Source: Prorocentrum cordatum
Taxonomy: Eukaryota
DNA: 64,000 nucleotides
Assembly (NCBI GenBank): GCA_963575745.1
Contig: CAUYUJ010000020.1
Span: 1 to 64,000, forward strand
Direction: 5' to 3'
Part shown: one piece after another, positions 36,206 through 48,916 of the stretch
How the letters are laid out: each line of letters begins with the position of its first letter
Position numbering within the stretch: the first letter of the stretch is position 1
Translations under genes and position numbers: made by a program
The notes under the pieces: model-generated
Databases searched by the model: none
Told to the model about the DNA's origin: nothing
What the model saw: only the letters and a program-made list of their open reading frames with translations

Positions 36206-39200
36206 TCAACTGTCTGTGGTGCTGCGGTCGGCTCCAGATATGTGGCTCCTGCGTTCGCGGAGTCGCCCTTCTCTGCCCGTCGCCTGGGCCCTGTGTCTCG
36301 GTAGCGATTCTGGTGATGCCCCTGGGCTGTTCTGTGCGCCTGCCCGCTGTACTTGTTCCTTCCCACATGGCGATGAGCGAGCGCGTGCTCCCTTCCTCTG
36401 GTCTCGAGGCGCTTGCCCTCTTGAGCGAGCCCTCGGCCTCTCTCGGTCAGCCTGTCCCCGTCGCCTGTTCCGGCTTCTGGCGTGCACTCGCCGGGCTCCT
36501 TGCCGCTCTGGCTCCCAGCTGTGCCGACTTCTGCGATTGGCGGCGCGGGGGGAGCATCTCGGCCGTACTCCTAGGGGCCTGGGATGGTCACTCGGCGCAG
36601 CCTCTCCCGCCTCCAGGGTCGGGGGATGAGCGGCTGTTGATGGGCATCCTGGGGCCTGTTGCTGCTGCTCTGGGTGGGGCTGGTCGGCTCGTAGGTTGGG
36701 CCAAGAGTCAACGGCTGCCCTGAGCTGGCTGGCGTCGACCGTCACCTCCCTGGTCATTGAGTCTGAAAGGGTATCGAGACCAGCCGTGAGGATGGCCCTG
36801 AGTGCTCCGTCTGTTAGGGTCTGGAAAGGGACTCTGGGGCCCTCCTCGCTGGAGCTGCCTCCAACGGTAGCTTGAATCCTTGCACATGCTGAGTCCGCCG
36901 TTAGTGCCGCAGTTCGGGGGAGAATCCCCCTGCCTGTTCGGCTTCTGTTTCCAGGAAGAGGATTGGCGTTCCAGTGGGCGGAGAAGGGGGCCAGCAGTCT
37001 GTCAGCGAGGGAGAGCTGTGTCAGCATCCTGCGAATTCGCCTCCCTAGCTGGAGCATTGAGGTGCCCCAGGCAATAACGCTTAATACGACCCTCCATCTA
37101 TCCCTGTCGGGGCATCCCTGTCCTTCCCAGCGGGACGGAGGGCCGAGAGGGGCCAGTATGACCGCAGCGCGGCTGAGAAGTGTGGCCCAGTCTGCTTCCA
37201 TGCAGGGGGGTAGGAAGGTGCTGTTCCTGGGGGTGCCACCTCTGCCAAGCGGGTCACTGTCTCTCCTGTTGGGCACGCTGTCAGGGGGAGGTCTGGTCCT
37301 CGGCTCAGCGTCGGCGCTTCTGCGCTCCGCGTGGGCCGCGTCTCCTGGCCCTGTGGGCTGCTCCTGGGCCGGACTACTACCTTCAGCCTGTTGCCTGTCT
37401 GGGGGCACCGTGTGCCCACCCTGGAACATTCTGTCTTCGCCATGGGCTTCCTGCTGCGATGAAGTGGCTTCCTGGGAGGAGGTGGCGTTCTGGACCGCAG
37501 GGGTGGGCTGGTCTGGCGTGCCCCCCGGGCTTCTGTCAGGGGGGGGGTCGGAGGGTGGCCTGCTGCCGCCTCCGGCTGGGTTTGCGCTAACACCAGGGAC
37601 ATGGCTGCTGACTGGCCGCGCGCGGGCATTGTCTCCGCTCAAGGCAGGATTGTTGCCGGGGGGGGGGTTCTACGTCAGCGAACGGACGCGGCGGAGCCAC
37701 GCCCTGGGCTCGAGTTGGTGCGGGGTCCATCCTGGAGTTGGCCTGCCGGATGCCGTCAGCGGTCGGGCCCTCTGCGGTTTGTATCGCGTGTGTGCTGGGC
37801 ACCTGCGCTGCGCCGGTTCTGCGCGCTTGGCTTTCGAGCGCCGTTGGTCTGCCAGGGGTTCGACTGCGCCTTCCTTGCGCCGCGGGGTCTTGAGCAGGCC
37901 TGGTACCGGCGCTGCCTTGGTCGTCGACTTGGGCGCCTCTGGCGGTCCTTCTGGGCCCGAGCACTCTGCCGGGATCGCGGCGCTGCCTTTCCCCTTGGGT
38001 CGAGTTATCCAGCCTGTCGGCTAGTGCTTCCAGTAGGGCCTCGGTGCCAAGGGCGAGGGAGTGGCTGGTGGACCCGTCGGTTTCCGACGTCCAAGGACTT
38101 CGAGCAAGGGGCGATGCGCGGTGTAAGTGGGGTCCGGCTCTGGTGCGAGCCACTGCGCGAAGGGGAGCTGTCTTGTGGCCCCCTCCCTTATCAATATTTC
38201 GCCGATGAGGCGGAAGACGCGGTCTCTGTTTAGGTTACTAGGGTCTGCAAGCTGGAGTATCTATATCGCTGCGAATAGGTCCCAGTTGTAGCGAAGCATT
38301 GGCCTACCTTCGCACTGCCGGCGCTGCTCCAGGACAAGTCTGGTTTGTATTATTCTTGCCAGGTCGTGGATGTTCTGCCCCCTTACGCAGGCCAGAAATC
38401 TACCAAGCATACCACGAGCAACCAGGACCGCGTCGTCATCGGCCCTCACTAGTTGCGCGCTTGCGCCCGCTGCTGGGCGGTTCCTGCGCATGAGCACTTC
38501 CGCCATGTTGGGGTGGGTCATTGGGCGGGCTGGCCCCAGCTGGGGCCCCACTGCCGCTCTCCTCCTGGGTGGGAGAGTAGGGCCGGCAGTCCGTCTGGCG
38601 TCGATTCCTAAGTCGGCTGGCGTGGGCGCGGTAGCTGGCGCGGCATCGACTGTGGCCAGGTGCACTGGGCCGTAGACCAGTTGGAGGTTCACACGGGCTC
38701 GAGGTCGGTCCGCCCCCCGATTGGCGGCTCTCCGGTCTGCGTCGGACGGGGGGGCGACTGTGACCCGCGCGGGGGCCGAGGTGTAGAGAAAGCCGGTTTC
38801 ACCGCTCGTCGTCATGCCGACCGCCCCCCCAGCCGCGACGGCGGCCACCAGGTATTCACCTGGGTGGAGGATGGCGTGGAAGCCACGCAGATTCTCATGG
38901 TCTCCGGTCGACCTCCGGTGGGTCATTGGGGCGCATCTGTCCACGGCTGCCTCGATGTCGCGGAGCCAGTCCTCGGTGAGGGGCGGGGGCGAGGCCCTCG
39001 TGTTAGCGGGGTGATCTCCGCCGTTTATTCCAGCCGGGAGTGGCCATACTCTGGTGTGTAGCTGGACTCCAAGGGGGCCTATTGCGGCTCAGAACATCCT
39101 TAGCGCGCCGTGGCCTGGCAGCCAGGGGTCTGGACGCATGTGCCGAGCCTGCACCGCTCCTATCTGCTCGCCACGTCGGTCGTGGGCTGAAATTTCTAAG

Positions 39201-41178
39201 ATTTGTGGCTGAACCGCTATTCTTGGGGCCTGCCGCACTGTAGCCAGGGCGAGGGCTTCGACGTGCTCTTGGTGGTCACGGAGGGGCCCCCCGCCCCGCC
39301 TAATTTGTTCCCTCGAGGGAGCGGCTGGGCATATACGAATAAATTGTGGGCCAACTGCGCTGCAGCTCGTCCCGAAAAAGGCTGCCGCCACGGTGACGGC
39401 TGCTGCCAGTCGCATGCGCACCTGCGCCATGTGCCTGTAGTCTGCGCAGTCGGGAAACCGGGCATAGACTGTGGAGATCTGCTCTACGGCGCCCGTACCG
39501 ACGGCGGCTTCTATGGCGTCGACGACGCCCTGTCGCCTGGACTGTCCGAGGTCTGCTAGATTCCATCCGAGGTGAAACCCGTCTTCCGGGTTTGCCAAGT
39601 CTAGCGTACGAGGGTCCTCCATTCCATTCTCCTTCCAGGAGGATTCTTCTGGGGCTGAGGGCTGGGCTGCCGCTGCCGCTCCCGAGGGCCCCTGGGACCT
39701 CCTCTCTGAGGTGCCTTAGTATGGGGGCCGCTATCCTCTCTGGGGTTTTGAGAAACAGCAATCCCGCGCCACATAGGCCAACCCTGTAGCCAAAGGCCGC
39801 TGCAGCTTCTGCGGCGATGAAATGGACCAGGCAGGTGGCCTTGTTGAGTACCGGGACGTGCACCGAGTCCGAAGCCTCTTTGGACCTCCACGTGCACCCA
39901 TTGTTGCTCGTGATTAGCGACTGCTGCGCCGAGACCTGCAGCGGCTCCAGGGGTAGGTCGTCGTCAGCTCGCCGGTCGGTCGGCCTAGCGGGGCGGCAGC
40001 GCACTACGCGGTGGTAGAGTGGCCCCAGTCCCGGTTGCAGCAGCATCTCGTCGCTCGGAAGGGCGATCTTGGTCGCAGCCCAGTCGGCCCCTCCTGAGCT
40101 AGGACTGGCGGACTCGTAGGTCTCGCTGCCATCTGGTGATCTGTGCAATGACCGTGTCATTGCAGCGTTCTGGCGTTGGGGTGTGCAGAGCGTCGCTGAC
40201 GTCCGCGCTGCTGCCACCCCAGTGCACCACAATGGAGGGGGGATCTGGGCCCTCAGGGGTCTGCCTTCCACAGAGAACTGTGCAGCGAGCAGCTGCTGCA
40301 GAGGGGGGGTCATTCTGCCTGTTCGGACTGGGTTGCCGATAGGCACCAGGTGTGCGATCCGACTTGCGGCTCTGAATCCCCACTGGGAGTTGGCTATGGC
40401 GGCGAGCTCGATAAGGTCTGGGCCGCCGGGTGTTGGGACGCCCTCCCTGCGCTGCCAGGGCCAGGACTCTGCATGGTCCTCCGGCCAAGGCAGCGGCTGC
40501 CAGTGCGGCGTCGATTTGTGGCGCCTGAGCGTCGGCTAGCAGCACAGCGGGGATCGTCTGTTGTTCGTCGCCCGCGTCCATCTTGGAGCGCATCAACTCC
40601 TTGATCTGCTCACATGCCCCTGGGCCAGACAGGGCCATGGTGGTTCTAGTACTGTCGGCTTCTCTATTCCCAACAAGCGCTCTCCGCGCGATGACAGGTT
40701 CCGCTCCCAACTCCCTGACTGCTCCCATGAGGAGGGCGACTGGAAAGGGTGGGGGCCCTCTCCGCCGGTTCTCATCATCCGGTGGGAATCTGGCCAGCAA
40801 TGAGGCCCACCTTGCATGGGTGATCTGGGGGATCTGACGCATCCTCTCCTGCCGGGTTTGGGGGGCAGGTATTATATAGCCATCGTCCTGTGCTCCTGCT
40901 GCGCCATTCTGCGCTCCGGCGACGCCGTCCTCGTCTGTGGAACTGTTCACCGCGCCTTCCTAGTCGACCTCCATACTGGGTTCTGGGCTGGTGGGGGGTC
41001 TCTGCAGGATCACGTGCCCGTGAATCCCCCGCATGTCCTGAACCGTGACGTAAGTGTCGGGACGTCTGATGGTGACCAGGTCTGCCCGCAAGCAATCCAG
41101 CTCTGGGGCCAGGGCGCGCATGGCGTCTGAGAGTTCGTGATACCTGAGGGGAGGGAGTAGGGGGGCGAGAAGCCCATC
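36206..41178 (-). pseudogene. Frameshifted ORF1-like region of unknown function upstream of the DNMT
   Basis: Chain of abutting or overlapping protein-like minus ORFs (40099..40950, 39300..40346, 39089..39622, 38261..38944, 37587..38153, 36206..37642); no motif recognised. Confidence 0.55.
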
Positions 41179-41502
41179 TGTCTCCCCACCGACGCTGTCC
41201 CCAGATGACAGAGTGTCCCCTTTTGTTATCTGGCCTGCTCGGTCTCAGTCCCAGTGCGATCTCCGATCGCACTGCACACGCACTCTGGCACTCGTAGTAG
41301 TCGGAGAAAGGAAGGGATGGGTCTTGGAATGGAATGAGTAGTGAGTGACGGAGGATTAACAAAAAGTGAGTAGAAGAAGTATGGCCTTGAGCCAAAATGG
41401 TTACGGAGGGGGCCCAGTTCCCGATCAAATGGTTCAAGGCCAGGGGAAAGGGCGAGGGCTGCTCTCCTCACCCGATCAATGAGCTAGAGGCGCTCACTCC
41501 CA
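41179..41502 (-). repeat. 3' LTR of Copia #2
   Basis: Direct repeat of 51358-51681; 10 substitutions counted by eye. Preceded on the minus strand by TTTTCCGGGGGAC (candidate PPT). Confidence 0.95.
41386..41407 (-). other. DinoSL-like sequence inside the 3' LTR
   Basis: TCCGTAACCATTTTGGCTCAAG, 21/22 match. Confidence 0.9.
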
Positions 41503-41831
41503 GTCCCCCGGAAAATAATGGACTTGAAACGGGATAAGGCCTTCATCCTCCGCAACCATCGGCCTGCTCGGGAGGAACTCTGACCGAGGCAGACAAACCG
41601 TGGAGGTCGTCCTCCTGACTGCTCTCTAAAAACACAGCGGGGCAGAATGGTCTTGTCTTGCTGTTCTGCAACACCCGTAAAGAGGCTCTGGCCAAGGGTG
41701 TTCTCGCGAGGAGCATTCACCGGCACTGAGAGCAAAGATGAGAGGCGCCACTCAAAAGCACAGCACGTGACACAGGCTCGGGCTGGGCCAGGAAAACGGG
41801 CAGAGGACGGAGAGAGAGGGAGCCGACGATT

Positions 41832-43480
41832 CTAGTCCAGCTGCCTTCTCGACGCAGCCCTGGAGCGGTTCTTGGCCCCGGGGTCCTCCTTGCGTTTCTG
41901 CGAGGACTGCTCCTCGGCGGCGAGCCGAAGGAGCCCTGATTTCAACAGATGGAGCTGAGCAGCGTTACACTTAGCCATATCTGCCTTGGTGAGACAATCG
42001 ACCGGAAGGAGCGGGTGAGGCATCCATCGCATTGACGATCCGATCCGATCCATGGTACCTCGTATTACCGCTAAGTCTATCGCAGCTCGGCGGTCCGACT
42101 TGGCTCCGGAGGTCAACTTGGATAGAGTGTCGTAGATACCCTTTGCGTCGACGACGCTCACGTTGTCGGCCGTCTGAGGAGGGCCTAACACTTCACATTG
42201 GTCTTTCAGAAGAGCCACGAAACGGCCGAGATTCTCCCGCCAGCGTTCGTTCACTACGTTTCCACGTGCGACGTCCAGCAGGAGAATCTGCAGCCACTCG
42301 GCTTCCCCAAGAGCACTGGAAAGAGCTAAAGTCTCCCCAGCCAAAGTAGAAACCACTTGGCGCCGTAGTTTCCCGGACCTCCAGGCAAGGGGGGCGACTC
42401 GGGCCCGGGGCCCGTGGGCCAGCGAATTGTCGGCCATATAGATCTGCCAAGCTTCCTGAGGATGCCGGGGCCCCACTTATCCTCAGTCCCCACCCCTCCA
42501 CAATCACTCGCAGTCGCCAGCGCGAAACCGTCGGGCTTAAACCGCCAGACGATGATCGGGAGAGAGGCTGTCGACCTGAGATGGTCGACCATCTTATTCG
42601 CATCCAGCAAATCTTCCACACAGGGACTGTTGACTTCTGTGGCCAGAATAGAAGCGGCCCCCGCGGCCTCGGCGCGGGTTTCCCTGCCGACCCACTGGAG
42701 TTTGTAAATGAGGCCCCTAAAAGCCGCCACTTCCCCTCCGACGAGTGGGCCCGCGTGGTCTCCTCTGCGCCCTCGTGCCAAGGGAATCTTATTAAGTTGC
42801 TCCAGGATGTATTTTTCTTGATCGACAAGAATCCGGCCCCCGGTGAACCGAAGCCTACGGCCTATGTATTCCACCCCGGCGGCATCCAGGAGTTTCATCT
42901 TCCCAAACGTGAAACGCTCCTGAAAAGGGTCCAGGTAGTTTTTTCTTTGCCTTCCCTGAACGCTATGGCCCAGTCGTCTACTTCCACCGGGACCTGCGCC
43001 TGCAACTCGCCGCGGGCTCGCTCCACGAATCAGCAGGGCTCGAGCTCAGTGCGTTCGAAGCCCCGCGACTTCATGAAATTGGCCGCGGCGCGGTGAAAGG
43101 CGAGGGGCGCGTCGTCTAGGCCGTAGACGGGCGCTATCAACTCGATGAGTGAGCCGGGCGGAACCGGGACTCCGTCGCACGGTTCCACGAACACTCGGCC
43201 TCGAGCGCGCCTGAGGGGTTCGGACTGACAGAAAGCATTCTTGATATCCCCAATATAGATAGTAAGACGATACATGAGAGACGTGACGAGAAACAGCATG
43301 AGTGCCTCCATGCATGGAGTAGGAGCATAGACCTGAAGTTCCGCCGTGTCTTCGTCCTGATGTCCCCGAACACACCACCTGGATTTGGCTTTTCCCTCGA
43401 AAAGGCCCCCTCCTGCGGTTTCCACCTTCGGACCATGCGACTCGAAACGATCCGGCTCGGGAAAGCCAGCGGAGCTCATT
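41832..43480 (-). pseudogene. Copia RT and RNase H, frameshifted
   Basis: KSRWCVRGHQD, GDIKNAFCQ, YGLDDAPLAF, VEVDD, WRSGKLRRQVVSTLAGE, VDAKGIYD, DCLTK. Confidence 0.9.
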
Positions 43481-44649
43481 GGCTTCCTTGGGGGGGTGCA
43501 CGATCACAGCCTTGGTTCCCTCGGATATAGCTTTCCATTCGTTCGCGTCGGAGATGTCGAACTTCATTTTCTCTTCTGGGCTAAGACGCCTGCACTGAAC
43601 CTCGGCCCCTCGAATGGCCAGGAGAGAAAGAGAAACGGATCCATCTTCCCCAGGGACGATTTCCACGTCGGCATTTCCGTTGGCGTAGGTCTCCCGGGAC
43701 CCACTCCATCCCTGGGACTGGATCTCTTGTTCTAACTGATCGAGAAGGTCGACCTCCTCGTCCATATGGGCAAGAAGGGTCATAGCCATGTCCCCGCCGC
43801 CCTCGGTACGATCTCCTCCTCGTGGCGAGTGGGACCTCTGTCGAGCGGAAGCCGCAAGTTCCCCAACCCGTTGCCTCACTCTGCCTTCCTGAACTCCCCG
43901 AAAGGCCTCCCCTGGAGTGCGGGTCATTCTACCGCTCCCTCCATCCAGACGCCTAAGTCCCTCCGTGTCCTGCATCAAGCGAATGAGCCGACCAGGGTCT
44001 ACTGGCTCCGCTGAGCGATGCTGAGAGGCAGAATCGGACAGCGCCAGCCTAGGAGCACTGGCGGGCGGAACACTGGCAGCCGAGGCTTTTAAATGAGGGC
44101 TGTCGGGAGGGACATCGCCTGGCCCCCTGTCCCTTTGTTCACCTTGAGGGGGAGTGGGCCTCGAGCGCGTGGCGCGACCCGAATCGCCGTCTCGTTCGGC
44201 AACACTGCGAGCCCTCTGGGACTGCCCAGAAGTCTGCCTGGAGGGCCCAGATGAGACTTGAACCTCGGATCTGTTTTCCAAGGACTCGGGAGCACGCGTC
44301 CCTTCAGAATGGGCCGGCAAGGTAGCCCCCTCAGGAATCGGGGCCAGACCTGGAGGAGGCAGAGGTGGAAGAGCCCCGAGTTGACCGCCTAATTCCCCCC
44401 CTTCTCCTGAGGCAACAGATGGGGGGACAATGTCGGGACCCTCCCCCGCGGCGGCCCCGCCATCCGCCTCCACCGCCGGCGCCATCTCTGGGGGGGAGGC
44501 GACCTCAACGGGAGCGTCTGGAGCCCACGCTCCGGGGGGAGGGGGCCCCTCACTGGAGACGTTTGTCCCAGCCCGACGCGCGCTGGTTTGGGCCTCTCTG
44601 AGAAGCTGTTGGACAGACGAATCAGCAAGAATCTCTGCTCCCCGGGATT

Positions 44650-45710
44650 CTTCGGTCGTGGCCAACCGGACCTGCTCCGTGGAGCATTTCCAGAGACGAG
44701 ACCTCATCGCTACCCAAACCGACGTGCCGTTTTGCAGCACCACGAGTCCTGGACCAACCCATCTGTCTCTTTGAAGGGCGAAAGTTTTCTGGCCCCCCCG
44801 GGGAGCTCTCCTCCAGACGTAGACCCATTGACCTGGAGAGAAGTGTCTGTCTCGATGGGTGGGTGCGCGTGCTGCCCTAGCCAGACGACGTTGGTTGGAC
44901 GACTCGAACAGTTCTTGTCGCGCCAACCTCCGGATGGCGCCCCGGCGAGCGAACTCGGCCGCCGCGGTGTTCTGATCCCAAGAGCCAATGGACAGGTCAT
45001 CTGTTCCCACCACCTGCAGGGGGTCGTCCGACGTAATGTCGTTGGGTATCCGGGGGTTAATGCCGAAAACCATCTGACAGGGAGCAAACCCTCCCCGGTG
45101 CAGGTACCGATTTTTCGCGGCCGTCACTTCGTGGACCAGCGTTTCGAGCTCCAGCGTGGTGGTGACGAGAGTGGTCTCGGAGGCCCGAACCAGGATGTCC
45201 TTAACCCACCCCCCGTGTCTCTCGGCTCGGCAGTTCTGCCACGGACTCTCTGAGTCCGTGACATGCTGAAATACCCCCAGATGTTCCAGACCTCTCTCGA
45301 AATGACCCCGAAACTCAGGCCCTCCGTCGGCGATGGCGAACAGGGGGTGAACGAAAAAGCTCTCATCCAGGCCCTCATAAAGGCCCTCCAGGCTCCCAGG
45401 GCAGTGCCATCGTACATTTCTACGACCTGATAGTTGGCCCCATGGCAAATGATGTTGAGAAAGGGCATTTGTTCCAACTTAAAAGTGACGTAGAAGGTGT
45501 CTGACGCGATGATTCGATTGAACTCGAGCGTTCTAGGTACCGCCACGAAGCGACTGCTGGCTGGACGCGAGTGCGCAGCGCAATCGCCACGTCGGTACTC
45601 GTCATGCACAAACTTGAGCACCTCTGGCTTGGCTTGGGCGCCTCTAAGGACCTTCAGGAAAACATCTTCATGGGGGTGACCTAAATTGACGTGCACCTTG
45701 TGTATTAGCC
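44650..45710 (-). pseudogene. Copia integrase (HHCC-like region, catalytic core, C-terminal WxGPG region), frameshifted near 45400
   Basis: HVNLGHP...C, FNRIIASDTF, DGGPEFRG, SPWQNCRAERHGG, RWVGPGLV. Confidence 0.88.
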
Positions 45711-45899
45711 GTCTGACCTTCGGAGTGATCTCAAAGGGACGATCCTGGGCTACCCCCTCAGGGTCGGGATCGCCCTCAAGGGCTTCACCCTCTTCGACGT
45801 CGGCCGGATAGCTCTCGGCAAGGTACAGCTCGGGTCCCCCAGCCTCTCTCGCCACCCTGATTTGTCCTGGTGAGGTCTCGGGAATGGCCACGTTCGTGC

Positions 45900-46535
45900 T
45901 GGCCCGAACGCCCCCGGCCAAAGCTCGAGCAAACTTCGGCGGATACACTCGAGCCCTAGCTGTCATTGAACTGCCTATCAGATGAGCGTGCCAGCGGTCT
46001 CCGGCGCACCTCGACCCTGCAAATCGCTCCAAAAAGGCATCACACTTAGACATTAGCCTCGTGGGTTTCTTCGACAAGGCCCCATCTCCCGACACTGACA
46101 AACCGAAACGACAAAGATCAACGCACATCGAACCAACTCCAGGGAGGTTCTGCACATAGCAAACCATCTCGGTCCTCCATGACCCCGCGGTGACGGGGTG
46201 TTCGAAGGCGAATTTTCCCCCCTGATGGCGTTGTTCTAAAGCCACCTCCATCGCGAAACCGAGCAGAACGATGGCTTCAGCATTCTTGCGACGCTGCTCA
46301 GGAGTCGTTTCCAAATGGGCGGTGGCGTTGTGCGCTATGGAGAAGGCATCGCAAGGGGGTTCCAATATGGCCATCCAAGGTTTATGCTTTTGCAGAAAGA
46401 GACGAAACTCCTGCCTGCGCTGTTCTTTTAGAGAGTCCCATCCTCCTTCCTTGTCGAAGCTGCCCAGGCGCACCACTCCGGCGTGGTCAGAGGAGTGAGC
46501 GATCCTAGGAGGAGAGAAGACCTCGACAAAGGGCC
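45900..46535 (-). CDS. Methyltransferase-like domain embedded in Copia pol, just upstream of integrase
   Basis: FVEVFSPPR, FDKEGGWD, EPPCDAFS, FAFEHP..GSW, DLCRFGL, KKPTRLM, VYPPKFARAL; the order resembles C5-MTase motifs I, II-III, IV, VI, VIII and X. Confidence 0.6.
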
Positions 46536-46797
46536 GGCTCCTAAAGCTGGGCTCTGTAAAGTTTGGTTTTGTCGAAACAACCCCTCCCCTCTCCCAGTTT
46601 TCTCTTGTCCCCTTTCGTTAGATATACCTCTCGATCATCTGGCCACTGATCCCCGAAAATAGTGTCGTCAAGCTCCTGGCAGTAGAACTGGGTTTGGCCG
46701 TCCCTCTCCTGGATCGGTCCAACCTCGAACACCCTGCCCAGTTCCTGAAACCGCGCACCTGAACAGATCTCGAAAATGTCCCGGTGGTTGGGATCCC

Positions 46798-48681
46798 CTA
46801 TCCTCGTACTGGTACTGTCGTGGAGGCCGGGGCGTCGGCCCAGGTCCACTTGCCGCCGCCCTCGTGACTCCACGTCTTCCACCCAGTCTGATCCCACCCC
46901 TCCTTGGCCAGGCGCTTCTTCTCGGCGTCCTTCATCTGCTGCTGCTGCCTCCAGGCTGCCTCCTCTGGGTTCTCCGTCGGCGTCCGCGGACCCCCTCTGG
47001 CTGACAAAGGTCCCGCCGCAGAAGGCCTCGTCGGGCGCTCGGCCCTCTGCTGAGGCTGCTGCCCGCCGCCCTGCATCGGGCCACTCTGCACCCCAGTGAG
47101 CTGCTGGGCGGGGACCACTGGAGCCGTCGCCGGGGGCTGCTGCTGAGTGCCCCTGGGCGTCGAGGGCATCGCGAAGCTGCTGATCGTGGAGGACGAGAGA
47201 AGAGCTCCCTGCTGATCGCGAAGACCCCGAGGATTGTCCACCCTGGTCTTGGCGTAGCCGATCGGCGGAGGCCATGCTGCACTCGATGTCTGATGAGTCG
47301 CCGTGCCGGCGCCGTACGACGGGTAGGCGCTCACCACTGGGGCCGTGCCGACAAAGCCCCAGCCCCCCTTCTGGGTCGCAGCCGCGGCCGCCGACGGGGT
47401 TCCACACCTCGGAGAGGGCATAGCCGCGATCGAGACTCCGTGAGGCGGCGTCTGCAGCGGCGGGGGCTGCTGAAGGGCTGGAGGAGTGGCAATGCTGTGA
47501 TGCTTCACTCCCTCCGGCGCTGGCGGTGGTCTGACTGAGACTGGCCCCTGCCCAGGCTCCTCGTGTTTCACACTTACACTTGCCTCTGGGGTTGACACTC
47601 CCGCCTCGCTCTTCCGACCTGTTGCCTGTGGCGCCTCGGGCACCGGCTCTCTCGTCACCAGTGGAGGCGGCGCCTTCGTCGCGGCGGGTCCGGTCAGGAC
47701 CCGCGCCGTCGACGAAGGCGCTGAGAGCTGCTGGGGCTTCGACTGGAGCGTCGCGACAGCCTCCATCTGGCCCGACACCGTCGCGCAGAGCTGGTTGATG
47801 GAGGCCTCCTGCTGATTCTCCTCGTTGGCGATCTGCTGCAGGAGGCGCATGGTCTCGTCGCCGCCGTCGTCCGAGCTGGCCGAGGGTTCCATCGCCGCTC
47901 TCTTGGCTGGAGAGGGCGCCGCCTGTCGGCGACGCTGGGCCCTCTGCTCCTTGGCCTGCTCCTCCACGTCGCGCATGATCACGTCGGGCTGCTCCGCCTC
48001 GACCTGTTGATAGGGTGTTCCAACCGCCTGAGCGTCGACCGATGCTGGCCATGGCGGCACCGTCCCTGCCGACGTTCTCGCCGCTGGCACTCCTGGCGGA
48101 GGAGCTGGGGCTGCCACTAAAGCCTGCAACTCTGGATCGGCTCCGCCCAGCTGGGCGAAGCCCTTTGCACACAGCGAGCAGGCGGCCGTCTGGCGCTTGC
48201 ACACGCAGGTCATCTCCTTCTTGGGCGTGGACTTGTCTGGCTTGGTGTCCTGGTACGCGACTCGCATGGTGCACAGCCCACACCCCCACCAACGCCCATG
48301 CCCATTGCTGCCAAACTCCACGTGAATGGGCATGTGGCGGCACGTGTAGAACTGCGGCGGGATTACCCGCATGCGTTTGACGAGATTCGTCGGCCAGAAG
48401 CGTCGATTGATCATCATCCTGCCGAACTCGTCGGCCAGCTTCGAGAGCCAGAATACCATGGCCCCCACCACAGCCGCCCACGACCTCTGGCCGCGGCTCA
48501 TGGACTGTGGGACTGGCGCTCCGGTGGCCGCGTAGGTCCACTGCTGGTGATCGCCCAGCTGTTCGCCCATCGTCGTCGGGCGGTTGGCCCGGCGCTGCGC
48601 CTCGGCCTGCCCCTTCTTCTTGCCCTTGGAGGTGGAGGAGCCTCGGGGGCCATTGACGGAGTTCACGCCCGGCGGCGGCAT
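46798..48681 (-). CDS. Additional Copia polyprotein segment with Cys/His motif and low-complexity linker
   Basis: 627-codon open frame with CRH...GSNGHGRWWGCGLC and CVC...CSLC, between protease and the MTase-like domain. Confidence 0.55.
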   Translation of the reverse strand: MPPPGVNSVNGPRGSSTSKGKKKGQAEAQRRANRPTTMGEQLGDHQQWTYAATGAPVPQSMSRGQRSWAAVVGAMVFWLSKLADEFGRMMINRRFWPTNLVKRMRVIPPQFYTCRHMPIHVEFGSNGHGRWWGCGLCTMRVAYQDTKPDKSTPKKEMTCVCKRQTAACSLCAKGFAQLGGADPELQALVAAPAPPPGVPAARTSAGTVPPWPASVDAQAVGTPYQQVEAEQPDVIMRDVEEQAKEQRAQRRRQAAPSPAKRAAMEPSASSDDGGDETMRLLQQIANEENQQEASINQLCATVSGQMEAVATLQSKPQQLSAPSSTARVLTGPAATKAPPPLVTREPVPEAPQATGRKSEAGVSTPEASVSVKHEEPGQGPVSVRPPPAPEGVKHHSIATPPALQQPPPLQTPPHGVSIAAMPSPRCGTPSAAAAATQKGGWGFVGTAPVVSAYPSYGAGTATHQTSSAAWPPPIGYAKTRVDNPRGLRDQQGALLSSSTISSFAMPSTPRGTQQQPPATAPVVPAQQLTGVQSGPMQGGGQQPQQRAERPTRPSAAGPLSARGGPRTPTENPEEAAWRQQQQMKDAEKKRLAKEGWDQTGWKTWSHEGGGKWTWADAPASTTVPVRG

Positions 48682-48916
48682 GGCTCCGTCTCACTGGTGC
48701 ACGGCCGAACCCGACTTGACGATGGAGTCTCTGGGAAACGTCCCCGTCGGGCTCGCTGAGATAGCTGGCGGCTCGAATGCTCGAGCCCAGCTGCTGCGTG
48801 ATGGCGAACGCGATGATCCAGATGAACGACTGCTTGGTTCTGGACGTCTCTCGTCTCCGAAACGACCGAAGTTCACGAGCCTCTCGCCTTCCCGGTCGCC
48901 CCTGCCGTCGTACCTG

